From contig JBHGNT010000004.1 of NCBI GenBank assembly GCA_043228905.1, forward strand, positions 20,398,001 through 20,462,000: 64,000 nucleotides of DNA, read 5' to 3'. The stretch comes from Azolla caroliniana (Eukaryota; Plantae; Polypodiophyta). Below the pieces are notes generated by a model that saw only the letters and a list, made by a program, of their open reading frames with translations, was not told the origin of the DNA and ran no database searches. Position 1 is the stretch's first letter. The number at the start of each line of letters is the position of its first letter. This document shows positions 51,431-64,000 of the stretch, piece after piece. Both the position numbers and the translations under genes were made by a program.

Positions 51431-53876
51431 GTGAGTGTTAAAATATATAAATTTTTGTGTTCAGATCGCCAAATTGCATTTGATATATGCAAGCCACGTT
51501 GTGGGAATGTTTGTCTCTCAAAATTTGGAAAGGCAAACTTGAGGGGGTTGCGACAGAAGTATTTGTCACTTAATGGTGACGAACAAGATACTTTCTTGAT
51601 TTCACATAGACAACTTATTAATGACCACACGACAGTTTCAAGTTCTCTCCATGTAGAATATTACCTTTCACTTAGTACGAAGAGTTGTCGAGTAGATTTC
51701 AAGATTGCTTATAGCATTGGTAACATGAGGCTCCAAAGAATTCAACATCGATTAGTAAAGGGCTCGTGGGTACCGTTCAACAATAAATAATATGGATGTA
51801 AGGGTCTGATTAGGCGACATGCCATTAGATGGATGAAGATATATTTCTGGAAGCAATGTGATGTTATGCCCACCACTGGAAGATTACGTTTGTTAGATAA
51901 CTTCACTTGTCGTGAGGTGTACCAAGTGTATAAGGATGACATGTTATTAGAAAGTGTACCTTACATACAATATCGACATTTTAATCGATTATAGAGATTG
52001 AAGTTTAACAATGTGGTCATACCCCATAAGGTCTGAATGGGTGTTTGTTTTGTATATGCAAGTTTAAAAAGCATGGGAAAGAGTGGGACAATAGATGAAG
52101 AAATAAACAATTATAAGAATTTATTAAAAGAACATCGAGAAAGCCAAGCATTGGAAAGATCTAAAGTTATGCATCATCGTCAAAAAATGCTTCAATCACT
52201 GGAAAGGTATATGTGCTTGATTATAGATGGGATGGATAAGAAGAAAACTTGTTTGCCACACTTTCGAAGTTGCCCAAGGATATTGGAGATAAATGCCTAG
52301 TGTAGATGCACTTAGTAGGTTGTCTTCTATATTGTTAGACAATAAGGCCTCAAGTGTTCCTAACTTATCCAAATATCCACAACGACCCTAATCTTATAGT
52401 AACAGCGATGCAAAGAGTTTTGCAGACTTGGTAAGGTATTCTCCCGCCGGTACTATACGTGCAAGTAGACAACACGGTGAGAGAAAACAAGAACTAAATT
52501 GTGTTTGGTTACTTAAGCATGTTAGTAGACATGGGTATTTTAAAAAAGATTAAGGTCAACTTCTTACTAGTTGGTCACACACACGATCACATAGATCAAA
52601 TGTTTAGTAGGTTCTCCAAGAAATTAACGAGATGTGATGCTTTCACACTTCCCATGCTATCAAAGTTGATCATTGAAGCTTATACCCCAAAGCAAGATGT
52701 ACAACATTTAGATGAAGTTTATGATTTTAAACGCTTATGTGTGGATGGTGATGGGACTCAATGTAGGGTTCTTGCTAAGCTTAATAATATAAGTTTTAAA
52801 CACATCTTCCTCATCCAAAAAAGTGTGGTGGGTCACAACCAGACGATGTTGTATGCCAAACAATACTCGTCTAGTTCACAATGGGAGCCACAAGATGGAT
52901 GTAGGCTCTTATTGCATTTCCCAGATGCAGTAATCTATGGTGCAGAACAAAGGCCCTACGACGACCACAAAAGATTGGCTACTGGTAATTCGATTGAAGA
53001 GCAAAAGATATATCGGATGTAGTGCCTTGAGGAAAAACACAAAAATATTAAGCGAACCAAAAAGTACGATGGTGATCAGGATGTGGAATGGTGGGATAGT
53101 TTCTTTAATTATCAACATACGATATTAGATAACCACATTGCGGGTTACTGGCCACTACCATATCAATTCGAATGGAATATTGATGACCCATCAATGGCGC
53201 GCACGACTCATTTACAACCACTAGATAATCTTGAATTGAATAATCTAGTTCGTCCATGACAAAGAGATATTTACGTGGGACCAAGATTATCACATGCTAG
53301 AGAGGCGAGATGGCAAGGCAATCTACATGAGCTACAAGTTGGTATGTTGGTTGCAACATTAGTTGGGGTGATAAGTTGGGTCATCCCTTTTGGATTGCTA
53401 AAATCATTGAAATTATTAAGGATGATGAAGGCAATCAAGTTCAATCCATTGTGGTTCATTGGTATCATACCTCTTCCAAAGATGCATTTATTGGGAAGTA
53501 CTCTTTCGAGATGGTTAAGGACGTCAGAGGCATAAGCAGAAAGCGGAGAAGAAAGAATCTACCCAGCACGTCTACTCTCACACTTGATAACGTCAACATA
53601 CTCGTGTATGACTTCTCCTTGACCAAAACAGGCCATCTAAGACAGGCTACAAGCAAGAGAATAAAAAAGAAGATCCTAGATGTGCTTGTTGACTCAACAC
53701 AGAGACGAACAAGGAGTATGTCTCATAATCATGGTGATGTTGGATTGCAATTGGATGAAGACAATGCATTGGTTGCTAGTGATGATGAGGATGAGACCTC
53801 ACAAAGCTCTTATTGTTCATCGGGTGGATCTGAAGGGGAAGGCATATCTATGAGAAGTGATGGTTCTCATATATGA
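51431..53876 (+). pseudogene. DDE transposase (Sola/DUF7869-like) with a C-terminal beta-barrel reader-like domain, decayed
   Basis: Collinear fragments CDVMPTTGRL, CLIIDGMDKKKTCLPHF, YVQVDNTVRENKN, VNFLLVGHTHDHIDQMFSRFS and GHPFWIAKII..IVVHWY; superfamily assignment is from motif memory. Confidence 0.75.
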
Positions 53877-54543
53877 AATGTAAATATTGTATGTTACATC
53901 AATATGGCGACTCACAAATATGTGTAAATATAGGTGTTAGTCATTTTGTAATTTTTGTACATTCTCTTGTAAATTTCATGTGTGGATTATCTAGGCATTT
54001 TTTTGAATGCCCTACAATTTTGGACATGGTATAAATCAATATATTTTGATTCAATTTCCAAAAACCTTTATGCATGTGATGGTCCTTTTTGTGAAATGAC
54101 ATACTTTGTGTCTTTTTTGGATGGACAGTTCTTAAATTGCGACATATTACCTGTTTCAAATGACCTGGTGTTATTCTAGGACAAGAGAGGATCCAAGCCA
54201 ACTATCTGGCGACCGAAAGTTGTGTTTGAAGGGATGTGTTGAGAGTCATACTCAACTTCCCTATGGCGTGAGCACATCCTAAGACCACAAGTGTGTGGAC
54301 ACACCGCCACTACCTTGTATCATAACTGATGTTTCATAGAACTTAACTTCTATGACACATAGTTAGTAGGTAGCTATGTCTCCACCTCCTTCCCAAGAAG
54401 TAGTTGTAGTAAGAGAGTATAGAGAGACAATGACTATATAAGCACCTTCCCCTCTCCTTTCTAACTGTTGGTCATTCTTGTTAATACAATTTTCTAGTTT
54501 TTCTGTATACATGTGTTCTCTTTCTCTCTCTCTCTCTCTCTCT

Positions 54544-54590
<47 letters not shown>

Positions 54591-55171
54591 TCCGTTGCAC
54601 AGAATCACACTGTCTCTTCGATAGTACGATCATCAATGTTGTTTTGTGTCAATTCAATTGTTTAAGGCATAAATACATACATATGGATATCCCTATATAC
54701 TATTATGAAAAGTAGAAAGGGAGAGATATTATTCATGTCAACGAAAGTTCAAATACAATCAATGGGACAAGCATGAACTCAGGGTTTGTCAAAAGTGATG
54801 ACAACGATGCGATAACAGGAGCTATCGAGCCAATGGCAAGAGTAGATAGATATATTCTTTAGTGTCCATGAAAGACGAGAGCATGGCCACGGCAAGGATA
54901 AGACTGGATTCTCCCAGTCTTGAGATGTGAGGAGGTGTGAAGGAGCAGCAAGCCTGTCGATATTTCCTCCACGTTGGGGTGGACATCTACAAAAGCAAGT
55001 GGTGGATCCGAGAGAGGTACATATCTGATTGAAGGAGGGTAAATATTTGATATTTTGGAAAGCCAACAGAGAGATAAGGGGGTGGGATTGGAGGGGGGGG
55101 GGGGGCATTTACGTAATTAAAGAAAACAGAAGGCTCTGAAACAGAGCGAGCGAGTGAGATTCAACAGAAAT

Positions 55172-55179
55172 TAGGGTTT
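55172..55179 (-). promoter_or_regulatory. Telo-box (AAACCCTA) upstream of the KH gene
   Basis: TAGGGTTT about 100 bp before the ATG, next to CT-rich 5' UTR repeats. Confidence 0.4.
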
Positions 55180-55278
55180 TGTGGTCTCCTTCTCCTTCTC
55201 CTTCTCCTTCTCCTTTCTCTGCTGCTTCTGCTTCTGCTTCTGCTTCTGCTACTGCCGCCGCGCAGCTTCGTCGTATCG

Positions 55279-58200
55279 ATGGGCGAAGAAGACCATACGC
55301 CTTCGTCTCTGAACGATCGCATCGATCACAAGCGTAAGCACGAAGACAACGATGATCTTACACAACCCGACAGAAAGCTCGGATTCTCTTCTTCTGTTTC
55401 TCCTGCACCCGAGAGAATCAGGAAGACCGGTTTTTCATCTGCTCCTCCTCCTCCTACTTCGAACGATCCTCCTCTTTTCGAGAGGAAACCAGGTGTTTCG
55501 GGACCTCCTTCCGGGCCTTATGACAGGAAAACAGGCTTTTCTGGACCACCGTCTGATTCGTATGACAGGAAGACTGGGTTTTCTGGACCTCCTTCTGAAC
55601 CTTATGACAGGAAAACAGGTTTTTCTGGACCCCCTTTTGATCAATTTGAACGCAAATCTGGATTTTCTGGGCCGAATGATTCCCACCACGAAGTGAAAAC
55701 GGGATTCTCCGGGCTTCCTGGAGGTGATTTTCAGAGCAAATCTGGATTTTCTGGACCGAATGACTCTACTCATGTGATGAAAACAGGATTCTCAGGGCCT
55801 CCTGGAGGGGATTTTCAGAGGAAAACTGGGTTTTCTGGGCCGCCTAGTGGAGAATTTGAGAGGAAAACAGGGTTTTCAGGGCCTCCTGGAGGTGATCTAG
55901 AGAGGAAAACTGGATTTTCTAGTGGAGATTATGAGAGGAAATCAGGATTCTCTGGTCCTCATAGTGGAGATATGGATCGGAAAACTGGTTTTTCTGATTC
56001 TGGTATTTCTCCTGGACTCAGTGATATTGAGGTTGCAAAGCAAAAAGCAGCACAAATTGTTGCTCGTTTAGTTGCACAAGATTCGAAACGACCTCATGGA
56101 GATGAAGATGGAGATGATCGGTTCCCTGGAAAGCTCCATTCGAGTTCGGGAGGTTATGGTCGGGAAGGTACACACACATTAGCCCTCCTTTTGGTTTTGC
56201 TAGTGTTTGATATCTTTTGATTTTAGTGCTACATTACTACTCTAGAAAGTAGTTTTCGCAGTGAGCTCAATTGTTTCCTTTCTTATCAGCCATGAAATAG
56301 CAGGAGAATGAATACCCAAAATTTAGAAGAATTTTGTATAAAATGGAACATGGGAGGGATTTAAGTGAAGGCCTGAATTTCGTTGCAAGTGTATTTCATC
56401 AATCAATATAGTTAAATCCACCACATCCTCAACTTGTAGTGATATTGGTGCTACAAATAGTTTATAGATACATTACAAAAGTCAAGAGTATGCCAAATCA
56501 TAGATTACCACATCTTGTTGGGAATTTGGATGTAAATTGCAAAAGAATCTCAAGAGCAAAATTCTCTCATGTGGTTGGGTAGTTGACATAAGAAAATGGT
56601 TTAAAAGAAGGGGTGTGGAAGGTCTCTTAGAGCTTTCAAGTGATGCTATGAAATATGTAGTTATTGAGGAAACATTAATGGAACCACTAAAGAAGAAGTG
56701 GGAAGATGCCAAAAGGACAAAATAAAAATATGAAATTGCAAAAATCAACCCTGAATGTTGGGTTCAAAATAAGGCTAGAAGGTGTATTGATCTTACTTAC
56801 TCAACCTTATCTCATTACTAACATGAGTATTAGCTCTTGTTGAGCCATGACACTCCTTCACACATGATCACACAAGCTAGGTATTGAAGTTGCATTATGG
56901 CATCAAAATCCGCCAAATACAAAGGTATGTAAGGGTATACGATGAAGGGCTAGTAGAGGTTGAGTATCACTTGCCTTTTATATGCTCTGTATATAGTGTG
57001 ATTATTGAAAGCTCTGATGACATATCAAAAGGGGGTAATGATTCAAGTGTCATACTGAAGAGAACACCTAGAATGTTGAGCTCATATATGTATGCTTTAC
57101 TCACAGATCGAGACTTTGTGTTGTGAAGTATGAGCATCCCTTCTTAGGAAGGAGACATACATTAAGAAAACTTGTGTACTTAGGTTCCATGGGTCAATAT
57201 TTGCCCCTTATGGACGCTAAAAAGTATCTAATCTATCTAAAAACATTCTTTCTTAGGGAGGAGACACATATCAAGAAAACTAGTGTACTGAAGTCCCATG
57301 GGTCAATAGCGACCTCTTTATGGACACTAAAAAATATCTAATCTAATCTAATCCACTTTGTTTCATGTAAGTGTTTCGAATCTCAGTTTTAGTGTAATAT
57401 CATCGATTAGGAAAGTTATTATCTATACTTCAGTGTGGGGGATTTCTCTTTTATGCATAAAATAGTAGTATAATATGACTTACTATTCTCTTTGGGTGAG
57501 TGGATTTATTAATTTTTGTTTCCTTGTGTGATATCGTAATATTATCATTATATCACTGCTCTACAAAATTCTGATTAATAATGATTGGTCGAAATTTGTT
57601 TTTATTTACTCAAGATAATTAAAATCATGGGATATTAGACAATGTTTTACGATGTAATCTCTTGTTTGGTCGTATAGTCTATTTTGGTCTTTTAAAAAGA
57701 CATCAATATATCTGTCTGTCTATTGAGTAGAAATTTGTGGATCAATACTTCATAGGGCCTATAATGGGACAGATTTGTGTAGACTTTTAGTTTCAATGGA
57801 TGTTTCCATGATAAGGAGCAAAGCATCAATGGCCACTAACCTCCTCAGCTCTTTTTGTATCACACTTTGATGCTCACATATTATTGTAAAATAATTGTTT
57901 TTTTTTTTGTAATCATTCAAAGTTCCTTTATATGCATGAAGTATTTTGGAACTTTTTGTTAATGAATCATTGGCAATTCTTTTAATATCTGTTGTATTTT
58001 GTTCCCGTTTAAAAACTTACCATCCAAAGTAAAACAAAACACCTTTTTTATTCTCTTACAATGCATGAGCATATCCTTATGTGGTCAATATATGTCGGTA
58101 GATCATGGATGTCTTTCTGAAAATTTCAGATCATGATCGAGGGCAGATGTTTCAGGATCACTCACAGGTGCATCACCATAATGAAGATCGTGGTAGTAAT

Positions 58201-61200
58201 TATTATAACACTCAGGGATACCCTCAGTCCAAGAAGATGGATATTCCTAATGGCAGGGTATATTTGCATTGAAAACTTATCACGTGATATGCTTATGAAG
58301 ATGATCATGACACATTTCTATCATATGATAAGTGGTCATTTTTTCCTTTTCTTTCAAAGGTTGGTGTTGTTATTGGCAAAGGTGGAGAAACTATCAAGTA
58401 TCTGCAACAGCAATCGGGAGCAAAGATTCAAATTACAAGGGATTCTGAGCATGATCCATCACTTCCAAACAGGCAGGTTGAGATTATGGGAACTGTAGAG
58501 CAGATCAATCGAGCAGAACAAATGGTCAAAGATGTTTTAGCTGAGGTCTACTTTCATTCATCTTAAGCCTACAATTTAAAACCCTTTAACTCATTGAAAT
58601 TGATCTAGGGAACAAATATCTTTTAATTTTTTTTTTGTTCTCGCCTATAAGTTTTGCTTATTTCCCGAAGTGCCATGGGACTTTGATATAGCACATATAT
58701 ATGTATACTTCTTTAAGAGGTGGAGCAAAGGAATTTGTGGAAGAAAAGAGAAGTGCAGGAGTACTTTTTGCTATATATGTGGTATATTTCTTTTATATGG
58801 CCTGCCAGGTTGTGACTGTACTGTATTTTAGGCTGAAGCGGGAGGTCCTGCCCCTTTCATGGGGAGTGGCTCTAGTGGATCAGCTGCCTTTGGGGAACCT
58901 ATTCAGCTCAGGGTTCCTACAAATAAGGTTATCTACTTAGTCCTTACTCATTCTCTTGTAATAAGACTCTTTAGAAGTTCTCATTACATTAGGATACATG
59001 TGTATATTTCTGTTTTCTTTCTAGGTTGGACTCATTATTGGTAGAGGTGGAGATACTATTCGAAATTTACAAAGTCAGTCGGGGGCGCGCATTCAGGTGA
59101 CCTTATACATTCATAATACTCTTTCTTCCAATTAATGATGGTAATTAAATGATCCGTTTCATTGTCTGTAGCTTGTGGCTTCTCCAATGGCAGATTATGG
59201 TGAAGAAAGAGTGCTCACCTTAGTAGGCTCCAAGCAACAAACTGATTTGGCAACTGAGTTAATCAAAGAAGTAATCAGTGAGGTAGGCCCACCTTTGTTT
59301 CATGGGTTCTTATATCTTCTTGCATTATATATGTCTTACTCATCAGTGACCATTAGAATAGGATATATGAATTCTGTTTAATTGCTATTGGTTAATGCCT
59401 TGCAACATCATACATTTGTGCCAAGCCTCTCGTTATGTCTAATGTGAAGACATGATACAGCCTTGAACATGTTATACCATTGTTGATAATGCTCATGCAC
59501 TTTTATGGATTAAGAAGATACAACTTTACTCTGAAGATTAGGAGCTGACATTATGATTTTCTTTGATGATCAAACCTTCATCTACTTTCTTGTGGGCGAA
59601 TGCAGATTTTTTTGTGGATGGTTCTGTGATTACTCATGCGTATTTTCATTATAATTTTATTGAATGTAGTCTTGCATGCTGTTGTTTGTTGCTTTGAAGA
59701 TGTACAAAAAATAAATGAAGGTCTCAATTAATTTCTATCACTTAATTCCTTTAAAGAAAAAAAAAGTCGATTATTTTTTGTTTTGGCTATTAAATATCCT
59801 TATTTTGGTAGTGATTTTTACAAGAGAACTTTGAAAACTATGTAGGTATTTTCTCATCATTTTTATGCTGGCTAAATTAACTTTAGTAATTCATGAATTC
59901 TGATAAGAATTGGTAAGATTTTAATGTCCCACACTAGGTGATAAACCTATTGAGTTCTTTGTAGGGAGCATTCTGGCATGGAACATTCCTACATTATTTC
60001 AAATGCTAGTAAATATACCTTTAAAAGCTAGGAATATTGAAATTGTGGTTGTATAGAAATTATGCAAACTATTTATGCAGGCATTGTGAATTATGTCGGA
60101 ATTTTACTAGTTATTTTGCATAATATGGTTCTGCAAGTATCCTAGTCCAACGTTTGTTTCCAAAGTATAATGTAATTGGACCACAATAGGTTCTTCTAAT
60201 CATATGGCAATGTCTGAAGAACTCTAGGCATAATCACAATTCTAAGAGAAAAGGTGGATTGTATCCCATCTGTCACATAAACCTTCTGCCATTTTCTGCA
60301 GTGGCTATTTTGAAACAATTAAAAAAATAAAACTGCGACGACCTCACTCTTACAACATACTTTGAGAGTAAAATGGGTTTAGAAAATAGTATCCAAGGAA
60401 AATGCCATACTTTTTAAGTCATTTGCAAATTGATTTGAAGGAATTTTGATTCACCTACTGCTGGAGTTACACCTAATTTCACTAATTCATTTTTAAGCTA
60501 GGTATAACACCAATCTCTTCCGTGACTTGGCAAAGTTCGAGCACCTGTAATTTACCTGATTTTAATGTTTTTTAAGAGTTTCACCTTGAGTTGAGATTTT
60601 ACTATGTGAAGCTCTCCATATGCTCAATTGTGTAGCCATCTTATGGGATGTATCTTGACTTATTTTAGCATTAAGATTTAACAGAGGAGAATGATCTGGG
60701 GGTTCACATCAAGTTCCCCTCTCCTTGAATTCATTTTGTTTCTAGATACAGCTATATATGTGCTATTCTATTGTATTAGCTTTCCCTTTTTTATCCTTCC
60801 ATGTTGACAATATGGACATTTTCTTATATCTCATAACAGGGTTCAGGATCTGTTACTTCTATGTTGTCATATTGAACAGGGGCTCTAGATGTTTGTTTCT
60901 ATATCATCATGCTAAGATTATGCTCTTTGATGTTAATTATGTGTATAGTCATAACTGAACTATCAATCGAAACTATCCCAAACAAAAAATGTGCAGTTGT
61001 CATTCATTGAATTGCAATGCTGGATTATTTTGATTAGTTCTCAATGGGCTATGCCAGTTAAATTATCAGGATATATGACTGCTTCCTAAGGACTTATGTT
61101 CATGATTCGTCATAGATATGTTATTATTGAATCAAATTCAGAAGTGATCAGGCTTGAATATCTCCTGTGAAAAATAAAATTTAATGGTAGAGGGGCTTAC

Positions 61201-63027
61201 ATCCCCCTCATTAGCAAGACTATGCCAAGATACGCAGGTGGTGCTCGCAGCTCAACAAATTGAAATCTAGCTCGTGCTTTTATTCTTCTTTTGACAGTCA
61301 AAACAAGTAATATCAAAAAATCTAGCTCTTGCTTGTATTGCCATGTGGTGCATTCACTGATTTCAGGTTTTCTCATATGAGTTCGACCCCATCCACGGGA
61401 ACTGCTAAGTAGGTACGGTCTCAAACTAGATATAAGTGAAAGCTCAGGCCATTACATGAATGATGAGGTGAGTTCTAACTTCTCACCTTAACACATATAC
61501 AAAGACAGTATGAAGACAACATGGTCTAGCCTTAATAATACTGTAAGTTCAAATCATCTCAAAACAGTTTTGGTGGGGAATGTATCAAAGGCATTTTTAC
61601 ATGTAATCATTTTGATTCTGTAGTTGCTAAATGTACTGCTTGAAACTAAAATTTTCTTTTTTATTTCAACTTTTGGTTGTTCTTTCCTGTGTGTAACATT
61701 GAGAAGGTTGCTCTCTAAAAGCCAACTTCATTTGCAGAATCGATCAAGGGGACCACCTGGTGGTTATAACCAAGGTTTCCGCCCCCCTGGACCACCTCAA
61801 TGGGGTCCACCTCGTGCGCAACAAGGGTCTTTCTCAGGTCCTCAATCCCAACCATTTAGTGCGTATGGACAACAACCTCCACCTCAACCATATGGAGGTG
61901 GTTATAGTCACCAATCTCAACAGTCTTCCTCTCAACAAAATCCTCCACAAACACAGCCTTCCTATGGAGGACATGGCCAACAATCTTCATCGCAAGAATA
62001 CTCTGGTCCTCCTCAATATGGAGGTTTCCCTCAACGTGCTCCAGCTCCTAGTCCTTCACAACAGACTACCTCCCAAGGTTATTACAACCAACCACCTGTA
62101 ACAAGTCCCTCAGGTGCCAACTCTGGTTTCAATCAACATCAAGGGGGTTATGGTGTACAAGCTCCCTATGGTCAACAACAGCAACAAGGGTATGGACAAC
62201 CACCGCCTATGACCCAAAGTCCAGGTCAAGCCACTTCACAGCAACCATATACAAATGTATATGGTCAGCCTCAACAGTCATATAGCCAAGGCTATGGACA
62301 GCCGTCTTCTGCTTATACGCACCAAAGCTTTTCAGCACCCAGTGTCCCTCAATCACAATCATCTACTGAACAAGGTGCTATTTCTGCACAGACTGGCTAT
62401 GGAGCTCCTGGATCAGTGCCTAATCAAGAAACTGCTAAACAACCAGGTTTTAATCAATATGGCCAAACGAGTCAACAAGTTGGGTATGGTCAACATCAAC
62501 TCACAAGCTATAACCAACAAGAATCTGCTCCAACCTATGGACAAGGGGGTTCCTTTCAACCAGGGTATCCACCTCAAGAGGATTCAACTGGATCTGGTGG
62601 TTCTTCTCAAGGTGGTTATGGACAACTTCAATCTGGATATAATACTCAAGGATATGGCACTCACGGGTCGTTGCCAACTAATTATGGACAACCAAGTAGT
62701 TATGGCCAACAACCTTCTAGCTATGGAGCTTCACAACCAGGATCAAGTACATTATATGGTAGTCAAGGGTCTATACAACCCCCACCAAACTATGCTATTC
62801 AAGGGTCTATTCCTACACCACAATCTGGTTATGCTCACCCTAGCTCAGCCCAACAAGGCTATGGAAACTCGACAAGCTATGGAAACTCTTTTGATGACCA
62901 TTCTCAAGGCGCTGCGCAGCATGTATACAATCAAGGTGAGGGGAAAGGTGGTGTTAGTAGTGGTGGTTTGGATTCAAGTAATGTGTCTGTTGCATCTGGT
63001 GTTGTCTCATCCACTACAGAGAGCTGA
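55279..63027 (+). CDS. FUBP-like KH-domain RNA-binding protein (2 KH domains, Q/G/Y/S-rich C-terminus; 7 exons)
   Basis: Exons 55279-56167, 58130-58257, 58360-58545, 58832-58927, 59025-59096, 59172-59282 and 61738-63027, all GT-AG. KH motifs IPNGRVGVVIGKGGETIK and VPTNKVGLIIGRGGDTIR; DIEVAKQKAAQIVARL resembles Arabidopsis AT2G25970-type proteins from memory. Confidence 0.93.
55369..56000 (+). repeat. Coding minisatellite: about 15 copies of (D/E)RK(T/S)GFS(GPP), mostly 42 bp period
   Basis: Counted directly in the translation of ORF 55279-56220. Confidence 0.9.
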
Positions 63028-64000
63028 AATCGAGTAGAGAAAACTTTTGGTTGCAATTTGGTGGAGTGTCATCCTCTGCAGAGAGTTGAATGAAACTTGA
63101 ACCTATGAGGTATTAATGTTTATTTAATCATGGAGATTGTGTTTTTGTTTATCTAAGACTTTGCTTCCATTGTGGAAGAGGTCAGTACTTTTTGTTGTTT
63201 CTTTTTCACTGCAAATGTTATGTTTCCCGCTCTTGTTCCAGTTTGTTTTTAAGTGACTATCTGAGTAATGACAATCACAAAACTAAATTAGACTATTACT
63301 CAAATTTCAAACAGCTTCTTTTCAGCTCGCTGCATTGCAAAAGTGTCCCCATTTATTAAATGGTATGAGAGTAATGATCTAGACAATTTCGAGACTAGTC
63401 TCGACAATTTTCTTGGAATGGAAATGACCTGAAAGCTATGCCACCACCATGCATGCATATGCAAACCCAGCATTCTGTTAAGCAGCCCCTTTTTATGAAA
63501 AGAAGAAATTATTGGCATGAAACTTTGTTTTTTGTGATGTTACAGATAAATTAATGTTACAGAATAAAAATGGGAGGTTGATAACTGGATTTTCTCTTCA
63601 TATTATCCGTCCACACATCATACGTTCATAAATCTACATATATAAAATATATATACATTGATTCATATTTTTGGGCAGTTTAAATTTAATCCAATAGGTG
63701 TATTTATTGCAAAACGGTTTGTTATGCTAAGATAAATGATATCTTTCTTTTTTAATATTGAGATCACTTCATGCAACCAAAATTTTATGAAAGTCATTGA
63801 TGAAACCGACCATTTACAAAAGCAAAGGTTCGGAATGGGGGTGCAGCATGTGTTTGCTAACAAGTTCCAATGATGAACGCTGTATAGTCCTTAAGAATCT
63901 GGCCACCCTGTGGATGGTTTCTTCTTTCTCTTTGATGTGTATATCCAATTATATATATTTTCTTATGTTTTCATATCCTCATAAATGGTTCAGTTAAACA

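Larger units (their letters stand above)
46943..54175. mobile_element. TIR DNA transposon (~7.2 kb, Sola/DUF7869-like) carrying two divergent genes
   Basis: Left end aacaccgggacatttgaaacaagtaatatgtcgca (46946-46980) versus reverse complement of right end aacaccaggtcatttgaaacaggtaatatgtcgca (54138-54172); it interrupts the 3' UTR of Copia F; exact ends and TSD not resolved. Confidence 0.82.
33125..54623 (+). mobile_element. 5'-truncated Copia element F (integrase end, RT, RNaseH, 3' LTR), split by nested insertions
   Basis: KGYKCFNP, WVEAMNEEM and LYGLKQAPRAW; RNaseH pieces at 34660-34944, 35783-35861 and 46749-46870; PPT tttgaagggatg then LTR 54237-54623 of the same family as the element E LTRs. 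Confidence 0.8.

Noticed and set aside
55490-56000. CRISPR-like repeat/spacer appearance (also the intronic repeats at 790-1090 and 6966-7232)
   Set aside because: These are coding or degenerate tandem repeats in a eukaryotic gene context, with no unique spacers and no cas genes.
56300-58100. Short ORFs in the first intron of the KH gene
   Set aside because: No recognisable domains; probably decayed repeat sequence that I cannot classify.
62255-63037. 260 aa overlapping alternative-frame ORF (also 61760-62101 and 55352-55696)
   Set aside because: These are frame shadows of low-complexity coding exons of the KH gene, with no independent evidence.

Overview
Eukaryotic land-plant nuclear DNA, probably a non-seed plant such as a fern (inferred from the TE types, not proven). 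There are three intron-containing host genes: chloroplast uroporphyrinogen-III synthase (minus strand, runs off the left edge), a DUF2358/NTF2-like chloroplast protein (minus), and a FUBP-like KH-domain RNA-binding protein with an expanded RKTGFSGPP repeat (plus). Between the last two lies a ~46 kb nest of transposons whose boundaries mostly resolve by termini and target-site duplications (TSDs): four Copia elements plus a solo LTR and an older remnant, four Tcn1-like chromodomain Gypsy elements, two CCGG-flanked solo-LTR-like inserts, two LINE remnants and a ~7.2 kb TIR DNA transposon. The most notable feature is that DNA transposon (46943-54175). Besides a DDE transposase it carries a divergent, intron-containing, now decayed gene for a ParB/Sulfiredoxin-like domain fused to a bacterial-type beta-class N4-cytosine/N6-adenine DNA methyltransferase. 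The chromovirus LTRs also share an unusual design: an antisense tRNA-like A/B-box module (ending in CCA in two families), a heat-shock-element array and a TATA box. Two of them show 5'-LTR junctions that look like fossils of Tf1-type self-priming. All calls come from manual reading and translation; no searches were run, and coordinates of degenerate features are approximate.
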